Source: Takakia lepidozioides
Lineage: Eukaryota; Plantae; Bryophyta
Assembly (NCBI GenBank): GCA_030704615.1
Contig: CM060732.1
Location: 34,844,001 to 34,908,000 of the forward strand
Direction: 5' to 3'
Length of the DNA: 64,000 nt
This document shows positions 33,776 through 47,500 of this stretch, piece after piece. How positions within the stretch are numbered: position 1 is the stretch's first letter; every line of letters begins with the position of its first letter. The notes below the pieces were generated by a model, which saw only the letters and a program-made list of their open reading frames with translations, did no database searches and had not been told where the DNA came from. The position numbers and the translations under genes were made by a program.

Positions 33776-36700
33776 ATGTTTTCTTTTCTTGAGTACACAG
33801 AAGACCTACAGTTAGGTGAAACGGATACCTCTATTGAAGACACAATTCCTCAACAAGGATTGAAAACGATGGATTCATCTTTTGTAGACATGACAGAAGA
33901 GCTAGAGTTTATGGAAATGAAAAACTCCCTCGCAGATGCAGCAAAAAAGCTTCAGTTGAGCACCATAGATAGTAGATCCGCAGAGACCACATGTGGTGCG
34001 ATGCCTATCATGCTTCAACCTTTTCTTGAAATTTCTATGTAAGTCTATTTCAATATTTGTTTATAATTCAGATGAGGAAAACTTTTGTGTACATATGGAG
34101 TTTTTTGGTTTACTCAACTTGGAAATTCCAAAGTGAACTTAAATGATGTTCATATATGGTACAAAGAGCACCAATACACATGTGCAGGTGGAAGAAAGAA
34201 GCCACATGTTCTCGTTTTTCTGAGGATAGCAGTCTCATTGCTATTGGTACTACTTTAGGGACGATTGAGGTAATCTCTTCCTTTCACACATCCAAGTTAT
34301 TCAGCTCAAATTAAAGAAAGTCTATTGACAAGTAATTGAAGGAATGTTATGTGCATTAAAGTAGACAAAATGAATAACAATAATTTTCTACCCCTACGTT
34401 TCATTTCTTTTGTTATATATCATATGTTGGTTGTTCAAAAGCAATATTTGCTGCATTTATATTCCACATTAATAATTACATATCTTCAAATTGATAATAA
34501 ACATCTCGATATGAAATCTTCATCAATGCTGCATAATACAAACCTCATCAACAAAGATATAGAGAAGACTCTAGCCTCGGCTAGCGTAACTAAGAACTAC
34601 TTCACCTTATGTCTACATTGGCCTGTCGCGGTGGGCTACCACATGAATGTTGTTTCCAAATGGTTGAGTTAGGTCATGATAAATGAGGCCCCTTCAATGA
34701 ACATTATATTGGTAATTGTCATAGGTTTATAATGTGGTTAACGGAAGACTTTCCTACATGTTGGATATGGGAAGAAAAGGTCGCCACAAACGACCATGCA
34801 CCTCTTTGTGTTTTCGTCCTACTGCCTCTCCAGAGCTTACCCAAAATATGTTGGTGTCTTGCGGTATCTAACTTCAACATGTCCACATTTCAAATTATGA
34901 ATGTCTCTATCGTCTGCTACTTCCAAGTAAATGGGGTAAAACTAATAACCCTCCATTGGTATGTTTCAAGAGTTTTATGTCATTTCTCATGTCTCCGTCA
35001 TGAATTGTTGTGTGTACATAAGTTGATAAACCAATATGATGCTAATCTTTTATCATTGTGCATTCTTTTTTTTTGGATCTCTCTCAAGAAAAAGAAAACA
35101 ATTGCCTCTAACAGAGACACATTCCAATTGCAACCAATCAATAATTAGGGGACCACTAGATTGACTAAGGAAAAATGCTTTATGGTATTTGAAGTGAGGA
35201 AGTAATTAGGTCTCAAAAGCATTATCTTTAGCCTTTCCATTTAAATTTTTTCTATCTCTAATGCCTCATTATCTTCCCTCCACTATTCATCTAGGGCATA
35301 TTTTTGTGTCTTCATGATTCGACACCAACTAACATTGGATGGAATGAATACAAATGTTTTATTCACCGCCCAGACCTCTGCTCCTCCATTTTGACACCGA
35401 CAGCCTGCTGAATACTGATTCCCCATTAGGGTGTTTTTTTTGTTTTTTTTTTCCGTTCATGTCGGGATGCATAATACATATTAGGTCTCAAAAATATTAT
35501 CCTTAGCCTTTTATCTTTATTTATCTCGCTCTCTGACCCTCTTGTTTTTTCTCTTTCCAGTCTTCTATTCCATTGAGAGCATTATTTTATGTATGTTCGT
35601 GATTTGGGGAGAAATTTGGAGACAAAGTATTCCACATGACTAGCAGCTCTTCATAGTTGTTGTTTGAATTGTGCAAGATGTGAGTGGGCAAATCCACCAT
35701 TGGCATGCTACATCAGAGATGCATCTAGGTACTATCAAAGAGCCGGACAATGAAATATACACCATTGACTTCAATCCAACTGGTATAAAGTTTGCCACTT
35801 CAGGGTATGACAGCAAGGTAGGTGTCTCTAACTTGCTTTCTGCATATATTTGTTTGTTCTTGTGTTCAATAATATTCTCGTCTCCTCATCTTACTATGTG
35901 ACATGTTTTTATGTTTTTCAAATTTAAGGGTCATAAATGTACTCCCATGGGGACTGGGCTCAACAAGTCTACAATGGCTGACTATTTCCATGTCATAATT
36001 TTTAGTTTGTATGCCAGTAAATGCAGGTAAGGATCTATGATGGACTCACAAGAGTGTCTCTCCAAACTTTTAGTGAAGGGTGAGTTCAATCGTCTGATGC
36101 CCAATATGTGCTTAAACGACGTCATATTTTCATTCATGATTCATATTAACTTAGTTCTTGATCATAGGTTTGTTTGTACTGTTTCATATTATCACACTAT
36201 ATATGTATATATAACACTTTGAGTGCACGGAAAAGATTTAGCTTCTCTACAAAACATAGTCCTAATTGTTTTTGCAGGAATGGAATGACTACTGCCGGAC
36301 ACTCTAATCGAGTTTTTGCAGTAAAGTGGCATCCGGTAGACACGGAAGTTATTTTAAGTGGTGGTTGGGACAACACAATCCAGGTGACCCATTCATTAGT
36401 AATCCTTTCATCATTCAAAAGCTTAAGGGAGTGTGAAAGTTCGATAGCATGAATATTTTCAGTCAAGGTTTTTTCTCATAATTGTATTTAGATTGTTTGT
36501 CCTTAAATATACAATCTTCCCTTTTTTTTCTACTCACTTTAAATTAATATAGAGGATAAAAATATTATAATAGTTTTTGGAATAAAATTCCAATAAGATG
36601 ATTACTCTAGGGCTTCTATATAACAAAAGATTATTCATTTTAATAAGGTTTTTACACAGAGAGATGAAAACATCTATTTTTTCCATCAAATAGGAGGGAT

Positions 36701-39066
36701 TTGAACCCATGATTAGGACCATCATGTGATTTTTTTATTTTTATTTTTTTGGTGAACAGGGGACAGAGGCCCTGGGTGAACTTTATTAGAATTATTGAAG
36801 GGAAAAATGTAAAACCCTTGACCATGGGATTTATGTCATTCAATTTTGTAACATTGTAACAATCCATTGTTGCTCAATGCCATTTAAGATTTGGGATTCG
36901 AGGGTGGGATATTCTGTGCGAAGCATATACGGAGCACAAATTTATGGGGATGCACTGGACATGAAGGCTGGAAGTAATCGAGTGTTAACAGGATCGTGGC
37001 GTCATTCCGTTCAACTTCAAGTATGACTTCTTTCTGTTCCATCTGATATCAACTTGTGTAAGTTACTATGTGGATAATGTCTCAAAAATATTATAAGAAA
37101 ATAATTGACATTTATACTATGTTTGATGTGGGGCCATAGATTCAAAAATGGAGAGAGAGGCGGAGATCAATATTAGAAAAATAGAGAAAGAGACCCAACA
37201 AACGTTTCCATTGGACCTGTTTTGCAACCAAAATAAAACGATAAGAAATGATAATGAATGCAATGTGAGACTTGCAACAGTGCAACATACATGAGACTCA
37301 TCGCAACACCAAAAAGAGAATGACTCTCTAATGTTGGATGAAGAGAGGAGAAGACTCCGGCTAGAGCCGGCATAACTAAGAGCCACGTCACCTTGTGGCT
37401 ACTGCCCCCTTTATGTTGGATGAACTATTCATTTTATTTTTAAAGAAATGCAATGTGAATCACTTTGGATGTTCTTCTAGAATATCTAGAATATAGAAAA
37501 TATGTTGAAGACCCACTTATTAAAATAGTTTATTATATTCTAGGCCTTTCACAACCGCACAAAGCTTATTGAGACTGAAATGCTTGATTGGAGACTAAAA
37601 AAGACTTGAACAAATAATGTTGATTGATTGTGATGGCTGGAAGGAATGGGATTATGGCAGTGGACAACTCATTGGGACTATCTGTTGGCCACGACTCAAA
37701 GAGGATTTGGAGGTATTTATCCCCAAATGATTTTCCTTGGAAGCTGAAATCCACACTGCTATTAAGAAATTTATATGTTTTTAACTAGGCGATTTGTTGT
37801 CCACCTTAAAGAGCATATCTAGATGAGTTGATTCTTTTATGCAGCCATGTCGGTTATACGCTGCCCTTTATGGGAGGGGTATATCACATAAGATGATTGG
37901 TGCTGGGGGAAGTGGAACAAATGAAACTTGTCTTTTCAATGGCGACACTGGACAGGTAATATTACTTTAATTCTAAATCACTTAATATTATCTAAGCATG
38001 ACCCAATTTGAATGTGATGAGTTATTAACACATGTTATTAGATTATTTGTCATTCGTTCTCAATGCGATAAAAAAAATAAAATGCGATCAAAATTATATG
38101 CAATATTTTGGTGTATTTCTTGAAACCAATAATAAATAAATTACAATATTCTCCATGGAATATATGGGAGGCAAAATAAATGGCCTTACAACATTGACGA
38201 ATCATATAAAATCATGAAGTTCAAAATATTATTGGCGATTTCTAATTAAGTCAGAGGCTATATCGATGCTATTTTCATATATACTCATATTGATGTTTAC
38301 ACCAGAAAGAAAGACAAGTAAAAAATGAAAAGAAAAAGATAATGTGGAGAAAGATAAAAATAAAACATTAACATGAATGAATATGTGTGAATTGATGAGG
38401 GAAATGCCTTGTGGTTGTTCTTTGAACAGCTAATTGCGTGTCTTCCAAATTTAGCACAAGGTGAGTTATTTATGAACAGAATCAAAATCAAAATTTGGAT
38501 GTCATTGTATGTTGGCCTTATTTCACTATGTACATGTGTTTGGCGGCAACGAGGTTTTCCTTTTGTTTTTCAACGTTAGAATAGGTGTGTCAATTGGCCT
38601 TCAATTGATTGTAGAGTTGCATGTGATATAAAGCATTGTCCCCGTTCAATTTTAGTTTATTTTCTAGTAATTTGTTTATGATTCTGTCCAGGCTAGTTTC
38701 GTCGCTGACATTTGTCCCTTAGGTAATGTGGTTTTCCATGCAGTGATAAAGGTTTTGAGCTTTTTTAAAAGAAAATATGTTCCCATTAATTTCTCTATAG
38801 AAATAGGTTCACTCCAATGTTGGAGTGAGCTGTTTCTCATCTCCTATTGTGTACTTTGGAGGGGATAACTTAACCTCCATAAATATGTTCGGAAAAGTAT
38901 TTTTCTTCAAAAAAACTAATTGATGTTTTTCTATGTGGCAGCTGTATATTCCATGTCTTTTTCTCCAGATGGGGCTCTCCTTGCAGTTACAACTACAGAC
39001 TTTGTCTATATTATTGCCATAGACAAATTTCTATCATGTTCACAATATTTAAAGCTTGAAATTTAA
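33776..39066 (+). CDS. WD40-repeat protein, 11 exons (33776-34038, 34188-34269, 34725-34863, 35678-35817, 36027-36079, 36278-36383, 36889-37020, 37644-37712, 37845-37955, 38430-38460, 38942-39066)
   Basis: GT-AG introns with consistent phases; WD motifs IYTIDFNPTGIKFATSGYDSKVRIYD and GHSNRVFAVKWHP..SGGWDNTIQIWD. Start codon less certain. Confidence 0.85.
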
Positions 39067-39127
39067 TCATTTACAAAAAAAATCACCTTGCATATTGTTT
39101 TACAATATATGACAGGTGTGTAAGTGG

Positions 39128-40401
39128 TCAGTCCACTAGAGAGAGGAGAAACATGTCGTCCAAGCGGTCATTTGAGTCTGAGTTGCCCCCATAGACAAGC
39201 ATGGAGTCCCCAAATGCTGCAGCAGCATACCACCCACGGGCCCCTGGATCTGCTCCTCCAGTTCTTTCTACTTCTGCTCGACTCCATGTCCGATTCTCGG
39301 TGTCCAGCACAAACACATCACCAGAAAATGCACCAGCACCCATGTGGCCCTGGTCACTTGGGTCAATCTCTCCACCGTAGAGGACTATCTTGTTACCGAG
39401 AGTTGCTGTCCCAAAGACGCTCCGGCCAGTGGGCTTCTCACTGACGAATTCAATCTCTTCCCAGACCTGTTGCTCTAGATCAAAGCGATGGACGTCTGTT
39501 AATTCATGACCACAAAAGCCGAAGATTACCCACACAGCATTGTTCACAACAACCAACCCAGGTCCTCCTCTTGGCACAAGCTTGCTACCAGCAGAAGGAA
39601 GCTTCATCCACTCTCCTTTGGAAATGTCAAACGACCACAAATCATTCAGTCTGCCATCTTCCCCGCAACCACCAAAGGTGAGCACCCGTTTGCCTTCCTT
39701 GTCTGCCGCAAGGGCATGGTAGCTCCTGTACCATTCAATACAACCATTTAGTCAAGGTCACTAATACTTCGTAAGCACCTGTCCTGTACTTTAAGCCAAA
39801 CAGAACCTTGCTTTGAGGTATAGGTGCAGAAAACAGCGTTAAGTATTCATCCTCATCATCAACTAAGAACAGTCAATACTCGTCCTCTGAAATCTCGCCT
39901 TTGAAGTACAAAGTGAAGAATTGACTCAGTTGTACCTACCTACTAGTTCCAATTATATGACATTTGTAGCTGAGACAGACTCATAGACAACTGCATCTGA
40001 AAATGAATCTCCCCAGATGAGCATTATGGATATGCAAGGAAGCTGAAGAAAAACTGGAACCTGCGAGGGGGGCTCTTAGTTCCAGATGATAGAAGCTTCC
40101 ATTCGCCCGTCTTTATGTTGAATGAATAAAACTCATTCAACTCCTTGTGCTCTTTGTCACGCCCAGCAAACACATAGATAATGTTGTCGACAGCAACCAT
40201 AGCCACACCAACCCGAGGTGAAGGCACGTCTCCTTTAGGATCCATGACTGACCATGTCCGCAGTTCGAGATCAAATACATGCACAAGGTTGTCTAGTGGA
40301 ACTCTTGGCTCAAATTCACCCCCAAATACATAGGCCTTGTTTCCCACAACAGCAACGGCATGCGAGCTTCGCGCCTTTGGTGCTCCATTAGGCTGTGTCA
40401 C
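39128..40401 (-). CDS. Kelch-repeat protein, nitrile-specifier (NSP5)-like; exons 40401-40061 and 39725-39128; short first coding exon not located
   Basis: ARSSHAVAVVGNKAYVFGGEF.PR; PRVGVAM; RSYH; PRGGPG; RSVF; YGGEIDPSDQGHMGAG; ARGW; YGGNSDSNDRLDD. Confidence 0.88.
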
Positions 40402-43400
40402 CTGCACCAGGAGATGGGTGATCTGGTCTCAATTTCCGGCCGTGTAGGAAATACTAGGTCAACATCCAAAAAGCTACAGTATGTAGAGACTCTCTCTCTA
40501 TGCAATCACAGTTGCACTTTCTGTCAGGTAGACAGCCGCAATAGCAGTGGCAATACAAGCATCACCCCTTCTGATACGATGTGCACGTCAGCCTTAGATC
40601 AACACTCAAATTCCCGTAACTCGGGAAATTGGGCTATGTTTCCTGATCAGATGGATGGAAACCCCACACCTGGATTCCAAAGGCTCAGTATCACAGGATA
40701 CATAGTAATTCAGAAGGTGCCCCATCCTCCAGCCAAGATTGAGGGCTGCTACAGTATTGCTGTTGTTGTTTCTTACAGCTCTTCTCCAATTACTCTCTCC
40801 GTGCTTCATGTGAACAGTTTGAACGTCCTGTCTTCCCATATTTTTCTATGTTTTTTCCTGTCTTTCATACTTCCTACTCATAAATCCTATATTTGTGTGG
40901 ACGTCACCCGCGACAGAATGTTGAGGGCAACCTCCAGTTGAGTTTCGTTCAACCCACCAGGTCTCTCTCTCCATGGATGTAATAAAATTCTTTCTTCCTC
41001 TCATTAATACGCTAACTGCTCTACCCGCTGCTACCCCGCATTTGTAAGGAACTGTAAATGAGCAAAAGCCAAGGCTATACACTGAACCCGGTCTCTTGAA
41101 CTCAAATGAGAACCCTAAAGTATGCCTGACAAGGTTTCAAGACTTTTGGAAGAAAAAGGGAGTCACTTACTATCCGACAGGAAGCAAAGAAAGAAAGAAA
41201 GAAAGCCAAAGTAAACTGCTATGCCCCATTTATATGAAACCAGGACCTTAACAAATAACCCAAACCCTCTGCTCATTCTGTCTTCTGAATTTACTGGTCA
41301 TTACAGGAGATCACTGCTTTCGATCCATCATTTTCTGCCATGCAAACTACAAGTCACCGTCCACATCACCTCCCTAAGTCACGCTACTCCGCAGGTGACC
41401 CAGCAGGTAAATAGTTGGGCCACGTTTAGAGTCAAGAGTTGGCTTGCCAATATGTACAGATATTAAAGCGATAACCTCTAGCAGGCAGCCAAATGCAGAA
41501 TTCCATAACGCCTCCATTTCCAACCAATCCCTGAACTGAAGTAACTGATACTCTACGCAAATTAGTGAAACTAACGCAGCATTGTGATAGTAAAATCTTG
41601 CCTAAGAGCCAACGGAGGATTTCATCACGCTACATGTTACCATCAACACCTTGGCACCACTCTGCGTCTTGAGCGGAGAGGAGGAGGCCAACACAGAGCA
41701 CCCCACTAGAAGGAACATCCCTTGAGAGTAATCGGCCCATCCTAGAATACCAAGGGGGTAAACAACCCAGAAGACATAATCAACCGCTCCAGACTCTAGA
41801 AACTTCATGTCTTGAATGAAAGGATACCAAGGGGGGGAACAACCCAGAAGACATAATCAACCCCTCACCTCGCGCCATAGCGCTCGCAAGCTTGTCGAAG
41901 GCATGGCGATGCTGCACACTGCAATCTTCCTGAAGCAGGCAACTGGGGTACCTCCTCTGTTACACGCTGCAATGTCCGACAAGCAGGCACCTCCTCCGCT
42001 ACTTCCATCAATACCTACGCCGAGATGAGGCTCATCCGTTCCTTTATACGTCTCTCTTTCTTTCTTCTCTTGGTTGTTTCCTGTCTGATTTTCCCTTGCT
42101 ATTGGATACTGTCTTATCTGTCTCTGATTTTTTCTTGCTACTCTAAACTGTCTTACTTATCTGTCTGCACTGAGATACTCTTTTTTTGTTGCTACAGCAA
42201 CTACACTCAAATCAGAATACAAGACATTTCTATTTTTTGAGAAGAAACATGGAAGGGCCGGCGGGCGGAGGGGGCCTGAGGGTTCCGATGTTGCGCTGAG
42301 AGAGGCCGCGGGACTTAGTTTTTCCCAAGCTGCTATGGCATGCGGTTCCTCCCCCTCACGACGCCCTCCCCTTGCCAAGGTGGATGTTTGCTCAGTTAAG
42401 CTTTGATCACCCAACAATCCCTTTTTGTATATAGGAGGGCCCTGAGGCACTAGGAACTAATATGGGCCTCTCATTTTAAAGATAATAGGGTCTTCAATGG
42501 GCACTTGTGATGTGGCCGGTGGGCCCCGCGCACGGACGCCCGGCTCCCCAGCACCCCGCCCGCCCCGCCTGCCGCTGCGCGCGGGCGCGGCTGCAGCAAC
42601 CGCGCCCGCGCCCCCGTCCACCGCGCGGCCAGTCCCTCGCCCATGAGTCCTCTGCCCTCCAGTCTGCCAATCCGCTACTGGCCAGTCGGCTGCCCAGCAG
42701 TCTGCCAGTCCGCCAGTCTGCCCGCCAGTCCGTTGGCCAGTCCCCTGCCATCCAGTCCGCTGATGGCGCAGGATCGCCACCGTCCATTCCCATAACCCAT
42801 CCGAGCCCTCCATTTTTAGGGCTGCGAAAATGGCAATGATCTTCACACCAAATCCCGGCCGCTCTCTTTTGACGGCTGTTTGTTGTCCGATGTTGCGGTA
42901 GGCGTTTCCATGCACGCGACTGTTCCTCTTTTGCGCGCGATGTTCATGATGATGATGAAGCGTGTGCTTGAACATGAGAGGACTGTCTCGACACTACAGC
43001 CACCATCGTGCATATGCTTCCACTATTTTTGCCTTCTTGTTGTGCTTTCGGGAACCTTCGTTTTATGGTTTGGTTCTATGTCATAAATATGGAAAATGCG
43101 GACATCTGTCGTCGATAACGTCCTCTGCTTGTGATCTGTCATGATACGTTTAGCCCCTTCATACTGCATCCCTCATGAGAGCCTTCACAAGTTTAGTTCG
43201 TTAAATGAACCCATGGGTAACATGTGCGCGAAAATGGTGGAAGCGTATGCACATGGGGGCGTGTATTGCAGATTTCGTATCGGACGATGGGACTGTTTAT
43301 GTGACCAAGTATAGCGGCTTGCATCCGTCGTGCATAAGTTGTGGAAAATGGTGGAGAATCTGAAGAAACCCAGCTTTGTGATGGATCCACATGGTATTAT

Positions 43401-44578
43401 ATAAGGGATGGCAGCACAAAAAAACAATTCGAGTCGTCACGGAACACCATCCAGTCGTAAGGTCCTCAAACATCCACACGCACCTGCTGAATGCAGATGT
43501 CTGAGCCACGACGGGAGTAGGTGCAGAATTGGTATATTGTCGCATTTGCCAGGAGACGGACCAGGCTGAGACAATTGCATCTGCAAATGCGCGTGGATGT
43601 TTGAGGTCCGTTGTGTCGCGAGTCTGTTCACAGTGGGTCTGCTGGCCCGTCAGTGCTCCGGATATTCCCCTTATCGCGTGCATAACAGTCAGTTTGGAGG
43701 CGGTCTGCTGGAAGTCCGTCTGTTGGGATATCAGTCTGTCGCACTTGTGAATTTGTCAGTCTGTTGTGTCAGAAGTCTGTTGCACTAAGTCTGTTTGACT
43801 TCTTATTTTCCCTCCGGTTAGTCTTTTTGCTTGTTCTCCCGCCAGTCTGGCGAAACGTCCGTCTGCTGGACAGTTCTCCTCTATGGATATCAGTCTGTTG
43901 GACTGTGCATGCATCAGTTTGTTGTGCCGCGAGTCTGTTCACAATGGGTGTGTTCGACTTTCCTATTTTCCCTTTACTCTCTTTTGTCTTCATTCCGCTG
44001 GCAGGGAAGTGCCTCCAATATGAAGCCGCTTCGCCTCAGCAAAGCGAATAGTCCGCTGGACTGGCGATCCGCTGGACTCTCGGCCCGATGGGAAATGAGT
44101 CTGCTGCACTTGCGAGGACCGTGGATGAATTTAGTACGATGCGTTCGTTCGGTGGACGTATTCAATGCGATGCCGGCGGATAGTTGGCGCCTGTGAAATC
44201 GCGCCACGTTGGTAGTGCCATGCCCGCTTTCCCCCTTCTACTTCTACTTTCTTCTCATGTTCCCTTTGCGATCGACTCCATTCTCTTCGCGCCTGTTTCT
44301 TCGCACAGTTTTGCACTGTTTTGTTTTCCTCTTTGCGTTTCCATCACCGTAACGAAAGACGACCGTTCTTCCCTAGGTGTGGAGAGTCGCGGTGAGCCGT
44401 GAAGCGTCGCAAACACGCTCGCCTTCGTAACAACTCGAAGTTCATCAGCTCGGTGAGGTTCTCACTTGCTGCGGTGCTTCCATTCCATTTTGTGTCCTCT
44501 TCTTGCTTAGGGTGAGTCTTTTCATAGGACTTCTATCTGTCGCTCATTGTCCTTGCACCTTCGTTTCATTCTGCAGCG

Positions 44579-47500
44579 ATGGAGGATGCTTGTGAAAAAG
44601 GTGGAGCGGACTGGGTGGATTTTGTGCACCAAACTAGACTGAAGAAGGAGCGAAGGTACTGGTACTCACCAGACGAGTTTGATCATAAAATAGTGGAAGC
44701 ATTTGTAGACCTCCGCGCCCGGAAGCCCAAAAACTCGAATTGGCAGAAGGACAAGCTCTTCTGTCCCTTCTGTGAAGAGGTTATCAAGGACAAAATCCAA
44801 CTAAATCGGCATTGTGTTGACACGGGTTGCAAGGAGACTGTTGCAATGATTCCACGGGATTTCAAGCCTTGGCCGATATTGAAAGAAATGTCGATTGTCA
44901 AAGAGGCCACAATGCGCTTGCGCGGATCAGTGCTTGACCCCGCACTTTGAAATTAGACGAAGTGCGCGCACGGTATGGCGTCCATTGTGGTGGCCCGTCA
45001 ATGGAGGATTTGCAAGTGCAGGGAACGCCGGACGCTCCCAGAAAACGTAAACTGAGTGATGGGGCCCAAAAAAGGGAGAGGCAAAAAAAAGAGAAGGCTG
45101 CAAGGTCTGCTCGCGAGGCAAGGGCAAAATCCACGCAACAGACTGAACCCCGTCCTGGGCGGCAGACCCACACCATCAGTACTGATACTGAAAGTGAATC
45201 TGCTCAGGGCCTGGAAGGGGTGACAAGTCCAGTGGACATTGACTTGCCTGACCAGACTCAGGAGCAGACTCACACAAATATCGCGACCCATGCCATCGGT
45301 TTAGGGTCAAAACCAAAAACTCAACAGAGCACTGAAGGGCCAGTCTGCCCTGGCACATTGCGCCTCGTTGACTTTGGGCTTTTCCCACTAGAGTGCCCAC
45401 CAATTGGGGATCCAGACTTCTTCCGTTATTTCTACAGAGTTGCCCAGTCAGGTCTGCTACGCACATTCATCTGACAGGCGGAACAAAACTGGTTGAACAG
45501 CTTTGAAGATGAAGATGATGATGATGAAGTAGATGAGGTAATGGTCAGTCTGACCGCCCAGTCTGTTCTCTGTGCTGTTTGAGTCCATCATCGGGGTCAC
45601 GTTGCCTATTCAGTCTGGTCAGTCCGCTGCGTTCTCTCCCCAGTCCGCTGGGTCACTCCGCTCGTCAGTTAGTCTGTTTTATATCGCTGCATTACTTACT
45701 GAGTCCGTTTGTCAGTCCGCTGGTCCAGTCCACTGGTATAGTCTACTAGTTGCCTCCACCCTACGTACGCACGTTACAGTCTGTTGGTCTGTGAGTCCAG
45801 TCCGCTGCATGAGATAATATAGAGTCCACGTCCATGTTCCTGACGTCCAAGTTCTATGCCGTGTACCATGATGAACGTGTTTCTATTCGTAGGGCCATTC
45901 AAGCTTGGCGGATACCTAGCAATGATGCTCCTTTACAAGCGACTGCAGTGCGTGCGGAAGTGGACCGCGTGCGAGAGTACATATTATTGAAGTATCCTGG
46001 GTCATCTGCTGCTATAGTGGCATTACATATTCAAGACGCGTCGGGGGGGAATGCGTCTGGGACAGCCGAGTCTGCCATCCAGCAGACTCCCATTCAGCAG
46101 GCCGTCATCCAGCAGACTCCCGTTCAGCAGCCTGTCATCCAGCAGACTCCCAACGAGCAGCCTGTCATCCTGCAGACTCCTCTCCAGGAGCCCATCATGC
46201 AGCCCATGCCAATGGGAAGTCCTGTCATCCAACAGACTACGGACCAGCAGATTGTCTTTCTCTCACATAGCACGGCGCTTGTTGCAGTTTGGAGATCGCC
46301 ATCACCGGTAATTCGACCCGGAGCTGAAGACCTCACACTTCTCCGGCTTAGGGTGGGAGAAATTAATCCCCATTTGGATTGGCATAATGAGCTCCACCGG
46401 ATTGTTGCGGACCGCCGGTGGTCATTTGTACCCTTTCATTATTCCATGGAGTTTTCTATTGAGGAAGCCAACCATGTTCTAGAAGCCGCCTCTGCTGTTG
46501 CCATTGAAGCCACAAGCGACCAAAATGCGCCGCCTCTACTTGTGCAGCTGATTCTCATGGATAACCCACGGCCTGAAGACCTCAGACATATGCCTATGGC
46601 ACATCCAACCTTTGGGGTGCGAAGAAAGCACTTGTTCGGATTGACTGAGGAGGACTTTGAGCACATGGCAGCTTCCTTCCTACAACACAGATGGATGCAA
46701 TTTGGCAATTTCCGCTCATACAACAAGTTGATGAAGGATCTGCATAGTTTGAGGATGGACTTACTCCATGGAACAAACCATTCACAGAAGTTTGTGGTGG
46801 ATGACGCATTGCACTGGTTTGCATTGGTGATGGAGCGAGCAGTATTCGACATTGTTTTGCAGAATCCCAATGTCTTCAAAGTCCTATGGTGTGGGATCCC
46901 AACTGAAGACCGCATCGGCGCCATTGCTCATCTCGATGGAGCATGCCTGTGCCGGCAAAGCAAGGACATTGGCCTCGTCGGAAATCTCTTGGAAGGTAAA
47001 ATGTTATGGGCAACTTTTGTGTTTCAGCTCAATTTCTTTTGCCAACTTTTTTAGAAGTTCACATTTGCATAAACATGTGTTGCAGGGCGAGTTGATCTGG
47101 GAGACAAGCAAGTGCAAGCTGCTTTCGACTCTTTTGCCAGAGGTGCAAGGGACCTTGTCCTGGCTTTACAAGGAGTTCAGGAGACTGTCCAGCAGACTGG
47201 CCACAATAATGTCGAACAACATATTCCCCACGACACATGTGGGCAGACTGCCCAAGTGCTGGAGACCGAGCATGTGCACCAGACCGTCCCAGGTAATAGG
47301 CCAGATCACTCTAGCAGACTGCCCCGCACACACATACTCAGTATGTGCAAACAGGACTGAGCGGGCAGCGAACTTTGCAGCAGACCAGAGAACAGACCGG
47401 CCAACAGACCGCCCCTCAGTCGACTGTGCAGCAGACCAGCAAACATGACCACCAGACTGCCCCTCGGCAAACTGTACAGCAGACCATGCAGCAGACCGAC

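Noticed and set aside
40410-41345. Candidate first exons for the kelch gene (ATG at ~40713, ~40735 and ~41341)
   Set aside because: None gives a phase-0 GT donor without an in-frame stop.
41747-41862. ~39-bp local duplication ATACCAAGGGGG..AACAACCCAGAAGACATAATCAACC
   Set aside because: Real, but only two copies and no associated structure; not interpretable.
42457-42975. GC-rich ORFs over MULE TIRs (also 52074-53197 and 57131-57787)
   Set aside because: Low-complexity translations of TIR repeats, open on both strands.
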